A DNA stretch of 64,000 bases from Candidatus Zhuqueibacterota bacterium. Lineage in GTDB: Bacteria > Zhuqueibacterota > Zhuqueibacteria > Thermofontimicrobiales > Thermofontimicrobiaceae. Position numbers and translations under genes: made by a program. The notes beneath the pieces are model-generated. The model was not told where the DNA came from. It did no database searches and saw only the letters and a program-made list of their open reading frames with translations. Below are positions 28,588-39,300 of this stretch, in pieces. The stretch spans positions 96,001 through 160,000 of the forward strand of contig JBMOPW010000034.1 of NCBI GenBank assembly GCA_049322915.1, in the 5' to 3' direction. The stretch's first letter is position 1, and every line of letters begins with the position of its first letter.

Positions 28588-30453
28588 ATGGAGGGTGGTA
28601 TGCTACCACGGCGCAACACGTTTAAAAAATTTCCTTCCATCGCATTGTCTTTGTATTTGACGCTGACCTGCATTTTTGTTCTGGGCTGGAAAGACGCATC
28701 CGCGCAGAGCGCGATTTCATACTACATCGAAATCGATGAGGAGCATTGGAATTCCTTCTTTGTTGCGCTGACAATTCAAAATAATGTGGCTGACCAGTTT
28801 CTATGCCAGATTCCCCGGTGGAGTCCTGTCTCTCCCACGGCATGCGAATATCACACAAATATTTTTGATTTTGAAGCCAAAGGCGACATGGGGCAATCGC
28901 TGGAAGTGACAAAGTTAAATTCACATTCCTGGCTCGTCGAGTGCCAGAAGAGCACGGTCGTCATAATTTCCTATAAAATCAAGGCCTCGTCAAATAACCT
29001 CTCCGGCATCAAATTGGACAGAAGTTTTGCGAGCGTCAATTGCGCCGCAACCTTCATGTCTATTCGCGAGTTGATGATGCAGCCGGTTCAGCTTGTTGTC
29101 CGCGTGCCACATGGCTGGAAACTGGCGACGGGTCTGCCGACCACTGAATCGTTCGAATATTTCGCTCAGGACTACAATCAACTGGCCAACAATATTTTGT
29201 ACATGGCGCCCTTTTTCAACACGGATTTTTCTTACAAAAACAGGAACTTTTTCCTGATCGTTGATGGGCCGCGCAATTTCAAAGTCAACAAATTGCTGAC
29301 GATCATCCAGCGATTGATCAAAGAGAGCTATCAAATATTCGGTGAATTGCCGTTTGACCAATACATGTTCATTTTCAAAAACCGCGAAAATCAATTTACG
29401 ATCACCTCGCAGTCATTCAGCAATTGCTCCGTCATCTATGTGCCGAGCCGCGTCTCAAAAGATGATCTCATTCAACTCAGCCAGGAAATTTCCAGCAGCC
29501 TGTATAAAACATGGAACGGGTCGAAGTTCGCCCCGCAAAGCTATCTTCAGAAAAATTACCAATTGATCCCGCGCTCCACAAATTTATGGGTCATTCTTGG
29601 TCTGAACGATTATCTCGGGCTTCTTTCCCTCATTCGGGCTGGGATCATTGAAAAAGAATATTTCATCCAATATCAGATTCGCCAGATCAATGACATACTC
29701 CGACAGAGAAATTTTCACGACAATTCAATCACTGACCTGAGCTACAATATCAGCGATTACGATTACTCCGAAGTCGCGGAGATTTTAAAGCTGAAAGGCC
29801 ATGTGCTGGGTTTTCTTCTCGATGTCTATATCCGTTCCAATACGGAGAACACTCGGTCTCTGGTCGATGTGTTGCAATTTCTCAACTCGTGGTTTGGACA
29901 GCAAAGTGAAGGGTACAGCGATACTCAGATTCTGCAAGCCATCAACTCCGTCACAGCGCTTAACCTGACCTCATTCTTTGATAAATACATCAACGGCACG
30001 CTGCCTTTCCCTTCGAAGGAAATTTTTGCCAAAGCCGGTATCTTCATCGAATCGGTTCAGGACACTCTGCCGGACTTCGGCCCCATTTCCATTTCTGAAA
30101 ATGACAATCGCGTCCTTGAAGTGCCGGAAGCCAGTCCCCTGGCGTTCGCCGGGCTGAAAGTAGGAGACAAGCTTCTGTCCATCAACGATTTGAAATTGCA
30201 GCATCCAATTCAATTTGATCGATTCGTCGATTCGCTGCACGTGGGACAGGAAACGGATTTGAACGTCCAGCGTCAGGGATTAATGCTGATGTTGAGCGCC
30301 AAGGTTGCCGGTAAAATTTGCCAGGTGTATAAACTCATCGATGCTATTCCCAAAAATGAGTTGCAGATTCAAATTCAGAACAGTATGTTTTTCACGGAAA
30401 CGGCTGAAAAAAAAGTTAATGCCACGGACACATTACCAAAACAAAAAGAATAA
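28588..30453 (+). CDS. M61 peptidase-like protein with PDZ domain, apparently lacking Zn ligands
   Basis: M61-like N-terminus (P.WSP, P.GWKLATGL), KG..LGFLLD..IR, PDZ SPLA.AGLKVGD; HExxH absent. Confidence 0.7.
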   Translation: MEGGMLPRRNTFKKFPSIALSLYLTLTCIFVLGWKDASAQSAISYYIEIDEEHWNSFFVALTIQNNVADQFLCQIPRWSPVSPTACEYHTNIFDFEAKGDMGQSLEVTKLNSHSWLVECQKSTVVIISYKIKASSNNLSGIKLDRSFASVNCAATFMSIRELMMQPVQLVVRVPHGWKLATGLPTTESFEYFAQDYNQLANNILYMAPFFNTDFSYKNRNFFLIVDGPRNFKVNKLLTIIQRLIKESYQIFGELPFDQYMFIFKNRENQFTITSQSFSNCSVIYVPSRVSKDDLIQLSQEISSSLYKTWNGSKFAPQSYLQKNYQLIPRSTNLWVILGLNDYLGLLSLIRAGIIEKEYFIQYQIRQINDILRQRNFHDNSITDLSYNISDYDYSEVAEILKLKGHVLGFLLDVYIRSNTENTRSLVDVLQFLNSWFGQQSEGYSDTQILQAINSVTALNLTSFFDKYINGTLPFPSKEIFAKAGIFIESVQDTLPDFGPISISENDNRVLEVPEASPLAFAGLKVGDKLLSINDLKLQHPIQFDRFVDSLHVGQETDLNVQRQGLMLMLSAKVAGKICQVYKLIDAIPKNELQIQIQNSMFFTETAEKKVNATDTLPKQKE

Positions 30454-30465
30454 TCCAGACCTTTT

Positions 30466-31749
30466 ATGAACGCACCCACCCGGCAGAAAAAATCTCTCAT
30501 CGGTCGCACCATGTACATTCCGCGCATGAGCTTCAGCGGCGCAAAATTGACGGCTGCGGCATTTCAATCAGTGGGCATATTCGCACAGCCTTCTCCCCCA
30601 TCTGATTCCAAAACCCTGGAATTGGGCGGCAAATATCTCAATGGCGACGAATGCCTCCCGGAGCGGGTCACTCTCGGAAATTTCCTGAAGGTGATCGAAT
30701 CCCCGTCGTTTAATCCTGAAAAAACCGCTTTTTTGTTGCCGACTGCCGGCGGTCCCTGTCGGTATGGGCAATATCAATCGCTGCTCAAAAAAATACTCAA
30801 GGATCGTGGATTCGATGAGGCCATGGTTGTTTCGCCTACCAGCAACGATGGCTACAATGGATTTGAATCAGCGCAGGGATTGATGCGCACCACGTGGCAT
30901 GCGATTTTGTGCGGCGATATTTTGAGAAAAATGCATCTTAAAATTCGTCCTTATGAATTGGAAAAAGGCCGCGCGAATGAGATATTCCACAAGAGTCTGG
31001 AGAATTTGAGCCGAATCATTGCCAATCCCAAACTCAGCGCCAGGGAACGGTTGGTGAAACTTCGTCAATCGCTGGTGGATGCCAGGGATCGCTATCACCG
31101 CATTTCGCTGAAATTTACTAAGGACAAACCCCTGATCGGCATCGTCGGCGAGATTTATTGCCGACTGAACGAATTCAGCAACGAATATCTGATCAATAAA
31201 ATTGAAGAATTCGGTGGGGAGGTCTGGATGGCTGACATCAGTGAATGGGTTTGGTACACCAACGATGAACAACGCCTGCGAATTATTCGCGCCGGCAAAA
31301 GGTTCTCGACCCAGATGATCGCCGCCAGAATCAAGTTCGCCGTTCAGCATCGGGATGAGCAATTCTTATTAGGCCCATTCAAACGGGATTTTGAAGGGTA
31401 CGAAGAACCGCACAGCGTGAAAAAAGTTTTGAACAACAGCCAGCCTTACCTTCCTCAGAAAGGTGCATTGGGGGAAATGGTGTTGAATGTCGGCAAATCC
31501 ATTTACCTGCATGAAAAAGGCGCGGACGGCGTTATCGACATCAGTCCCTTCACGTGCATGAACGGCGTTGTGTGCCAGGTTGTCTATCCGCAGGTGAGCA
31601 AGCACCACGATGACATTCCGATCCGGCTATTTTATTTTGACGGAACGCAACTCGACCTGGATCGGGATGTCGGCATCTTTTTAGAATTAGCCCGAAGTTA
31701 CATGAAAAAAAAGTATCAAAAGCGAGTTTATCCATATTACTTTAATTAA
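30466..31749 (+). CDS. DUF2229-like / 2-hydroxyacyl-CoA dehydratase activase-related C-terminal domain protein
   Basis: G.ECLP, GGPCRYGQY, IGIVGEIYCR, PFTCMNG. Confidence 0.75.
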   Translation: MNAPTRQKKSLIGRTMYIPRMSFSGAKLTAAAFQSVGIFAQPSPPSDSKTLELGGKYLNGDECLPERVTLGNFLKVIESPSFNPEKTAFLLPTAGGPCRYGQYQSLLKKILKDRGFDEAMVVSPTSNDGYNGFESAQGLMRTTWHAILCGDILRKMHLKIRPYELEKGRANEIFHKSLENLSRIIANPKLSARERLVKLRQSLVDARDRYHRISLKFTKDKPLIGIVGEIYCRLNEFSNEYLINKIEEFGGEVWMADISEWVWYTNDEQRLRIIRAGKRFSTQMIAARIKFAVQHRDEQFLLGPFKRDFEGYEEPHSVKKVLNNSQPYLPQKGALGEMVLNVGKSIYLHEKGADGVIDISPFTCMNGVVCQVVYPQVSKHHDDIPIRLFYFDGTQLDLDRDVGIFLELARSYMKKKYQKRVYPYYFN

Positions 31750-31761
31750 CTTGAGGGAGCT

Positions 31762-32925
31762 ATGAGACGATCTGCCATTTTAATTCTGTGTCTTGTTTTG
31801 TCAACCGCATTATTTTCTCAGGATAAAGCCCAATACCTGACCGAAGAAAAGGATGGGAATACCCGACAGGTATTTACCCTGGATTTTTCGAAACTCAAGA
31901 AACCGAATGAGTATGGTGATTTCAAGACCTTGTTCCACATGCCTCCAATTACTCAGGACAATACAGGCACATGCTGGTGTTTTGCCACAGTTTCCTTTTT
32001 AGAATCCGAACTGAAGCGGCTGCATAACCGTGAAATCAAGCTGTCTGAAATGTACATCGTCTATTGGGAATACATCGAGAAGGTCCGACGTTTCGTCCGT
32101 GAAAAGGGCGAATCCCATGTCTCCGAAGGCTCCGAACATAACGCGGCCATTGATCGTATGCGTCAGTACGGACTGGTTCGCGCCTCGGATTATAGCGGGC
32201 TCGTTGCCGGAAAAGACAAGCACAACCACTCCCTTCTTATCAAAGAAATTGAACTCTATTTAAAATATATTCAGGCTAACGAAATTTGGGAAGAGGACCA
32301 GGTCATCGAATACGTTAAATCCATTCTGAATAAGCATCTTGGAGCGCCCCCGGGAACGATTGTCGTGGATGAACAATCCATGTCCCCATTGGACTACCTG
32401 AAGAATGTCCTCAAACTGAATCCTGATGATTATGTCGCATTCATGTCCTTGATGTACACGCCGTTTTACACACAGGATGAATTCCAGGTCCCGGATAACT
32501 GGTGGCATAGCAAAGAATACTACAACGTACCACTTGACGAATTCTATAACGCAATTTACACCGCAGTGCAAAACGGCTACACCGTTGCCCTGGGCGGCGA
32601 CGTATCCGAGGTGGGCAAGAACGGCGAACTGGATGTGGCCTTCATCCCTGATTTTGATATTCCATCCAAAAATATAAATCAATCGGCTCGGGAATTTCGC
32701 TTCAGGAACAAAACGTCTCAGGACGACCATGCAATCCATCTCGTTGGCTATACAAAAAAGGATAATCATACCTGGTTCCTGATCAAAGACTCATCCCGCA
32801 GCGGACATCAGGGCAAGCTAAAGGGATATTTCATGTACCGCGATGATTATGTCAAATTGAAAATGCTGAATTTCCTGACCCATCGGGATGCGGTTAAAGA
32901 ACTACTGATGAAATTTGAAAAATAA
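31762..32925 (+). CDS. secreted C1-family cysteine aminopeptidase (PepC/bleomycin hydrolase-like)
   Basis: signal peptide, QDNTGTCWCF, DDHAIHLVG, IKDS. Confidence 0.88.
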   Translation: MRRSAILILCLVLSTALFSQDKAQYLTEEKDGNTRQVFTLDFSKLKKPNEYGDFKTLFHMPPITQDNTGTCWCFATVSFLESELKRLHNREIKLSEMYIVYWEYIEKVRRFVREKGESHVSEGSEHNAAIDRMRQYGLVRASDYSGLVAGKDKHNHSLLIKEIELYLKYIQANEIWEEDQVIEYVKSILNKHLGAPPGTIVVDEQSMSPLDYLKNVLKLNPDDYVAFMSLMYTPFYTQDEFQVPDNWWHSKEYYNVPLDEFYNAIYTAVQNGYTVALGGDVSEVGKNGELDVAFIPDFDIPSKNINQSAREFRFRNKTSQDDHAIHLVGYTKKDNHTWFLIKDSSRSGHQGKLKGYFMYRDDYVKLKMLNFLTHRDAVKELLMKFEK

Positions 32926-32995
32926 TCTGATCGAATAAATCGAGTGAACATTATTGCCGGGGAACATCTCTCCGGCTTTTTTCTTTGAGGATAGT

Positions 32996-35900
32996 ATGCA
33001 GATGCTCGGAAACATGTTGAAAAACCTGAAGAAATGGTGCGCTATTATTTCTCCATTGATCTTCATTCTGTTGATTGTTCTTCTTTCATGCAAGGATCGG
33101 ACTGCATTTGACGAGGACAAAGAAATGATCCCTGAACTCGACCATCTGGCCATCGACATGAACCCAGACTATGCCCGACCGTTTGTCTTCACCAATCGGG
33201 AGGCTGCATTCTTCTATGGTCAGGCCAATGATCAGCGCAGAGATGGGCACCAGGGATTTTATGTAAATGCCATCCGATACATTGATGATTATCTGCTAAA
33301 GGCCGATGGGGCATTGCTGGACAGAAAGCGCGCCCAAAAAGTGTCGGTGTATCCGGATCGGATCCATCGCGTATTTCCGGGTGACATTGCCGAGAGTCTG
33401 TATATGATCGATATGATGAACTGCTTTGTGTTGGAGTTAACCGCCCGGGATGTCCATCAGTTTGAACTGTTCCCACTGCTCTCGTCCGCGTTCGAACATG
33501 CTGAACACCAGGCCAAATGGCTCGCCGGTGAAAACATGCTGCTCCTTTTCCCTGAAAAATTGGGTTCAACGCCAACAGAGGCCGGCATTGTGGGAATAAA
33601 GTTCGATTGCGAGGCAACCTATCATCCGGAGAAGAAAGACACGCTGCTGAGCGCGATTCCCTCGCATGCCATTGGCTCGGTGACTTGTTCAACAAAAAGC
33701 TGCAAGATATTTTTCGTGGTGGGGCAAAATGAGGACGAGGTGAAGCAAACAGGTCAGCGGTTGAAGAACCACAGCCACGAATACATCCAGCAGAAAAAAC
33801 AGCGGCTCATTGATTTACTTTCCCGGAATTATGTCGAGACCAGCATTCCGGAATTCAATCACGCGTTTCGGTGGGCATTGATTTCCATGGATCAGCTCAT
33901 CATGCGCCAACCCGGGGCTGGAAAAGAAGTCACTGGCATTTTTGCCGGTCTCCCGTGGTTCAACAATTACTGGGGCCGGGATACATTCATTTCTCTGCCG
34001 GGGGCGGCGCTGGTCACTGGCCGACTGGAAGAGGCGCGCCAGATACTCCTGTCGTTCGCCCAGTTCCAGAGTCAGGATGAAACGAGCACCAATTTTGGGC
34101 GCATCCCCAATCAGGTCACCACGAACAATATCATTTACAATACCGCTGATGGCACGCCGTGGTTCGTCCGGGAACTCTGGGAATATTATCTTTATTCCGG
34201 CGATAAAGAGCTGCTGCGCTCGCTCTATGATGTGGTGAAATTTTCCATTCAGGGCACACTGAGGTATCACGTCGATGAAAATTTATTTCTGGTCCACGAA
34301 GATGCCGAGACATGGATGGATGCTGTTGGAACAGAGGGACCCTGGTCGCCGCGCGGGAATCGTGCAGTGGACGTTCAGGCGCTGTGGTATCAGCAGTTGG
34401 CTGCAGGCAGCAAAATCGCCCACTGCCTCGGCGATTCCATTCGCGCTGACGAGTGGGACAAGTTAGCTGCCGGGTTGAAGAGTCGATTCCTTTCTGCTTA
34501 TTGGAATAAAAAACGGATGTCGCTTTACGACCATCTGAACGCCGACAACACCCCTGACGCTCTTATTCGGCCCAATCAAATTTTTGCCATCACCATTCCC
34601 GACTCGCCGCTGATGAGTCCGCATCAGGAATTGGCCGTACTTCGCGAGGTCGTGACAAAATTGACCTATCGCTACGGCGTTGCTTCGCTGTGGCAGCACG
34701 ATCCGAATTTTCATCCGTACCACATCCTGCCCGAAGCCTATCCCAAAGACGAAGCTTATCACAACGGTACAGTCTGGGGCTGGTTGGCCGGTCCCGTCAT
34801 CACCAGTTTGATGAAGTATGGATATTCTGACCTCAGCTTCGAATTGCTTTTCTCGGAATCATTCCAGATTACGAATTGGGGAGCAGCGGGCGCGTTATCC
34901 GAATTGCTCAATGCCATTCCACCTGAAGGCTGGGATATCCCGGAGACGTCCGGCACTGTCACGCAGGCATGGAGTCTGGCCGAATACATACGCAATGTGT
35001 ATCAGGATGTGATTGGCATTCACCCCAATGTGCCGGAGCGGAAAATTCGAATTGCTCCGCACCTTCCGGGCGCCATGGAATATCTGAGTTGCAAAATTCC
35101 TGTACCGGATAGTGAACTGAAGTTGAGTATTGAACAGAACCAGACGGAATGCATTTATAAATTGAGCTATGCAAAGGGCAAATCCCCGTGGAAAATTGAG
35201 TTTGAACACCCGGTCTCTCCCACGACAAAGAGCGTTTTTTCTTACGACTTGCGTTCCGACGATACGCTCACAGCCCACATTTCATTCATTCACCCGGAAA
35301 CCGTTGCGCTCAATGGCCAGCGCGTTGAAACGCAGATCAATCGCGTTGAATTGGACGAATCGCTTTTCGGTTATCTGTCATTTGCTTTCCCGCAGTTGGA
35401 CAAAAATCTGAACTATCTGAAACCTCTGCCCTATCCTCTGTTGACTGGCGCGCAGATTAAATCGTGGAATCCGACTGCAAAGAAGCTATGTGACCTGGAA
35501 TGTCCAGAGCGCGATGATACAGGTCCAAATGGCAAATATACCTACCCGACTGGCTCATTTTTCAAAGAAGGCATTTTCGACCTGACCAAATTTCAATTTC
35601 TCGAAGACGAGAGAAATTATTATTTTAAATTGCGCTTCCGCGAGCTTGTCCAGCCTGGATGGCATCCGGAATATGGCTTTCAACTGACGTTCGCTGCCAT
35701 CGCGATAAACCAGGGACTGGCTGTTCCTGGCTCGGTGAAAATCGGCAGGAACGCCAATGAGCTTCTGCCCCCAAATTTTGCATATCACGCAATTATTTAC
35801 ATCGGCGGCGGCATTCAGATGGAAGATAATGCCGGCGCAATTATTTTGGCGCATCGACCGCACGACATTCAATTCAGACTGGGCGATATTCTGAACAAAG

Positions 35901-36151
35901 AAGTCTCGTTTTCGATTCCCAAAAATTATTTCAGGACTTCGCCTGAAACATGGAAAATTGCCATACTTGTCGGTGGGCAGGATGACCACGGCGGCAGCGG
36001 ACTTGGTGAATTCAGGTCGGTGGTGAAAGAAGCGAATGCCTGGCAAGGCGGCGGTGGAGCAGAGCAGACTGGCAATTCCAATGTCTACGATTCAGTTTTC
36101 ATTGACATGAAAAATAAAAAACCAGTCAGCGTTGCCCTGCACAGGCAATGA
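32996..36151 (+). CDS. amylo-alpha-1,6-glucosidase (GH133/GDE-like) lipoprotein with C-terminal glucodextranase DOMON-like domain
   Basis: AGLPWF..YWGRDTFISLPG, YNTADGT.W, TWMDA, RPNQ, YHNGTVWGW, QAWS; DDTGPNG.YTYPT DOMON-like motif; lipobox LLSC; ORF track starts at 32954. Confidence 0.85.
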   Translation: MQMLGNMLKNLKKWCAIISPLIFILLIVLLSCKDRTAFDEDKEMIPELDHLAIDMNPDYARPFVFTNREAAFFYGQANDQRRDGHQGFYVNAIRYIDDYLLKADGALLDRKRAQKVSVYPDRIHRVFPGDIAESLYMIDMMNCFVLELTARDVHQFELFPLLSSAFEHAEHQAKWLAGENMLLLFPEKLGSTPTEAGIVGIKFDCEATYHPEKKDTLLSAIPSHAIGSVTCSTKSCKIFFVVGQNEDEVKQTGQRLKNHSHEYIQQKKQRLIDLLSRNYVETSIPEFNHAFRWALISMDQLIMRQPGAGKEVTGIFAGLPWFNNYWGRDTFISLPGAALVTGRLEEARQILLSFAQFQSQDETSTNFGRIPNQVTTNNIIYNTADGTPWFVRELWEYYLYSGDKELLRSLYDVVKFSIQGTLRYHVDENLFLVHEDAETWMDAVGTEGPWSPRGNRAVDVQALWYQQLAAGSKIAHCLGDSIRADEWDKLAAGLKSRFLSAYWNKKRMSLYDHLNADNTPDALIRPNQIFAITIPDSPLMSPHQELAVLREVVTKLTYRYGVASLWQHDPNFHPYHILPEAYPKDEAYHNGTVWGWLAGPVITSLMKYGYSDLSFELLFSESFQITNWGAAGALSELLNAIPPEGWDIPETSGTVTQAWSLAEYIRNVYQDVIGIHPNVPERKIRIAPHLPGAMEYLSCKIPVPDSELKLSIEQNQTECIYKLSYAKGKSPWKIEFEHPVSPTTKSVFSYDLRSDDTLTAHISFIHPETVALNGQRVETQINRVELDESLFGYLSFAFPQLDKNLNYLKPLPYPLLTGAQIKSWNPTAKKLCDLECPERDDTGPNGKYTYPTGSFFKEGIFDLTKFQFLEDERNYYFKLRFRELVQPGWHPEYGFQLTFAAIAINQGLAVPGSVKIGRNANELLPPNFAYHAIIYIGGGIQMEDNAGAIILAHRPHDIQFRLGDILNKEVSFSIPKNYFRTSPETWKIAILVGGQDDHGGSGLGEFRSVVKEANAWQGGGGAEQTGNSNVYDSVFIDMKNKKPVSVALHRQ

Positions 36152-36207
36152 TTGAAAATCACCTCAACTATTTGAATTAACTGATACTATTATCACCCTT
36201 ATTTAAC

Positions 36208-36236
36208 TTGACTTTTTCACGAAAAATTGTTAGAAT
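36208..36236 (+). promoter_or_regulatory. sigma70-type promoter between convergent genes
   Basis: TTGACT-17 bp-TAGAAT. Confidence 0.55.
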
Positions 36237-36267
36237 CTCCCTGTAATCAATTTTCCCCTTATCCAAT

Positions 36268-36308
36268 AAAAGCCAATCCTGAAACACCCTATTCAGAATT
36301 GGCTTTTT
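36268..36308. terminator. bidirectional intrinsic terminator
   Basis: AAAAGCCAAT.CTGAA...TTCAG.ATTGGCTTTT. Confidence 0.8.
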
Positions 36309-36347
36309 ATTTTTAAACAGAATTTTTTCCTGTATAACTGACTTCTG

Positions 36348-39300
36348 CTACTTCAACATCAGCATTTTTCGAGTTAAAATATTTTGATCGTTTTTCAAGA
36401 CGATCAAATAGATACCGCTTGCGGCATAGTCGCCAGCGCCGTCCTTTCCATCCCATCGCGTTTTATAATATCCGGGTCGCTGATATGTATCGACCAGGGT
36501 TCTCACCTGCTGACCCAGCACATTGAAAATGCGAATCTCAACCTGTCCCGCGCGATGGATACCGTATTGGATTTCTGTGACCGGATTGAATGGATTGGGA
36601 TAATTCTGCTCCAGTTCAATGGTCACAGGAAGAATAGACGCCCTTTCTGGTATTCCGCTGGCCGGCGCCGTGATGCGCAGAGATACCGGAATGAAATGGG
36701 TGTTTGTTCTTTCCTGATTCGTCTGCACCACAATGTTCGTGAAAAATGTGGTGTCCGGAGCCGTCGCATAAAATTTGATCGGCAGTGTGAATTGATCGCC
36801 GGGGTAAAGCGTGTCCGGCGCGGTGGGACACGTCATCCAGAGGCCGCTGCCAGTGATGAGTTTCATGGCAATGGGAATGGAACTCATCATTTTAAATGTG
36901 ATGACGTCCGAAGGGGGCGCGCCGGTTAAATTGAACGAGCTGCTGAGGACTGTTCCGTAATCGAAAGATAACGGCACAGCCTCGCTCATTCGCGCGACCT
37001 GGGCAGTGCCAATCCAACTGGCCCCCATGTAGTAATATTTTTCAGCGCGCAGATCGCATTCCATTATGAACGGTGCGCGCCATCCGCTGCCAGTTTGCCG
37101 GATGAGCGCCTGGCTTTCTGCAATTCGCCGATAGTCTCCGTACAGTGAATCGCTCTCATAAATGGAAAAATAGAGCACTGCCCCGCTGTCCGCTTTGAAA
37201 TAGCACTGCATCCCCAGGATGTGGCAGTCCTCGACTTGATACACGATATTTCCAATGCCATTTTTCAGGGGCAGCCACCAGCTTTCGGCCATCGTTCCAA
37301 TGGCCAATTCTTCCTGAATGGGATTCCCGAATTTATAAATCAATCGACCGTAGCCGCTATTCCGGATTTCAACTGCCAGCGACAGGCTATCGTCCAGGGT
37401 TTCGATTGTCGCGTTAATGGAGTCCGGCGAAAAATCGAAAATTGGATTTCCCTGTTCCACTTCAGCGGAGTAATCGAACGCCGTGGTGTCGCCAGTTGCG
37501 CTCAGCTCAATCGTGTACGGTATCACCTGGCCATCTTCGCACCGGGGAGAGACTGCGAATGCAAATGCGGGCAGTGTGATGTCCTGATTGGATGCGATGT
37601 CTCCAATGATCGCCACGCTGTCCTGGAGGGCAATGTCCGGGTGGGCCAATTTCAATTCAGCCTGAACGTGAGAGGCGGTGCCGATTCCAATATTTTTCAC
37701 CGTCACGGGCAGAAGGATGTGTTCGCCCATGTTCAGCTTCCGGTCATTATTGCCCTGGCTATCATCCACACTCAGTACATGGCAGATCAATTTGACATTG
37801 GCAGAGCCGACCATGAAATAAACGGGCACCTGAATGCTGTCGTTATTGGCATCGTTGGACGAGATGATAAAATTGCAGAAATAGGTTGTATCGGCGTGGG
37901 TGGCTTTCAGAGTGACAGGAATGACTGTCGACTCCCCGGGCAGAAGCGTATTCTCTTCGGACGAATAGTTCAACCATGTTCCAGTGCCGGTCTCGATCTT
38001 CTGAACAAATGCGATCAATTTGGAAAAAGTCTGGTTGAAGTTATCTGCCGGCGGAGCGCCCCCGAAATTCAGCGTGCCGGTGGCGACATTGCCCAGAGAA
38101 AAATCGAATGGCGGCACCTGCAACGCGCGACAGACCTGCGCATCTCCCCCGGTCGAGCTGACGCCGAGACAGTAATACTTATCCTTACTCAGTTTTATAT
38201 TGAAAACGTCCGACCAGATAGTGGCTTCGCCGGCCTCCGAGACTGATTGAGCCAATTCGCCGATTTTATGAAATTGGCCGGTCATGTTCTCCCCTTCGTA
38301 AATGACAAAGAAAAGCTGAACCGGCGAAATGATATTCATGAAGCAACCGAAACGGAGCATATTGATATCATCGGCAAATGTGTAGACATTGCCGGCGCCT
38401 TCCGGTATCGTGGCCCACCATTTGGTGCCGCTGTCACCGACATCGACGTTCATTCGGCCTTCCTCGTTGGCAGTGAATGTGAGAGCGCCGAAGCCATTGT
38501 TTTTGATCTGCAAATCGATCTGAAGGGAATCGCTCGCGCTGGCCACCCGGTCGGCAATGAAAGTCGGCGACACGGCGATTTCAGGATTGCCCTGCACCAC
38601 AGTAAAATCCAGTGGAAATGAATAGTGAAATTCTTCGCCGGCAGAGACATCAATCCACATGGCCACCCGATGTTTTGACGGGCAAGAGTTGCTAACGCGG
38701 AAGGAAAGCGAGGTGAGCGTGAATTTTTCATTAGCGCCGAGATTCAATACGGCTGCGAAGTCTTCCAGCAGCGTGATGAGCGAATCGCTGCACATCAATT
38801 TGAACGAAATCGGCTCTGTAATTGCCGGGCCCATATTATTCAGATCCAGTGACCAATAAATCATTTCGCCGCTGTTGATCGCCGCGTCAGAATTCTGGTC
38901 GATGAAGTTCACCTTGTTGATGATGATGGAAAGGCCTTGTGGAGCGTACACTTTTATGTCAGCTATGTATGGCCTGAAATTCGGCTTTGTCACGCACAGC
39001 GTCACCGGTTCGCCGGAATGGATGGGCACAAATTCCAGTGCAGCGAATCCGGTTTCAGTTGAAATGGCGGTCGCCAGAATTTCCCCCTGTTGAACCAGGG
39101 TGACGACTGCGTTCGCTTCACCCAGTTGAAAGACGAGTTCAGTCTGGTTATAAAAAAGGCTATCAGGGCGATCAACACTCATCTGCTGCGGCAGTTTGGT
39201 CCAAATGGAACTGGCCGGATCGCCGTAATAGTGAAATTCCTCGAACTCCACAAGCCGCGTTTCGGTCCTGGAATACTGATTGGCCATGTACAGTTTTCCA

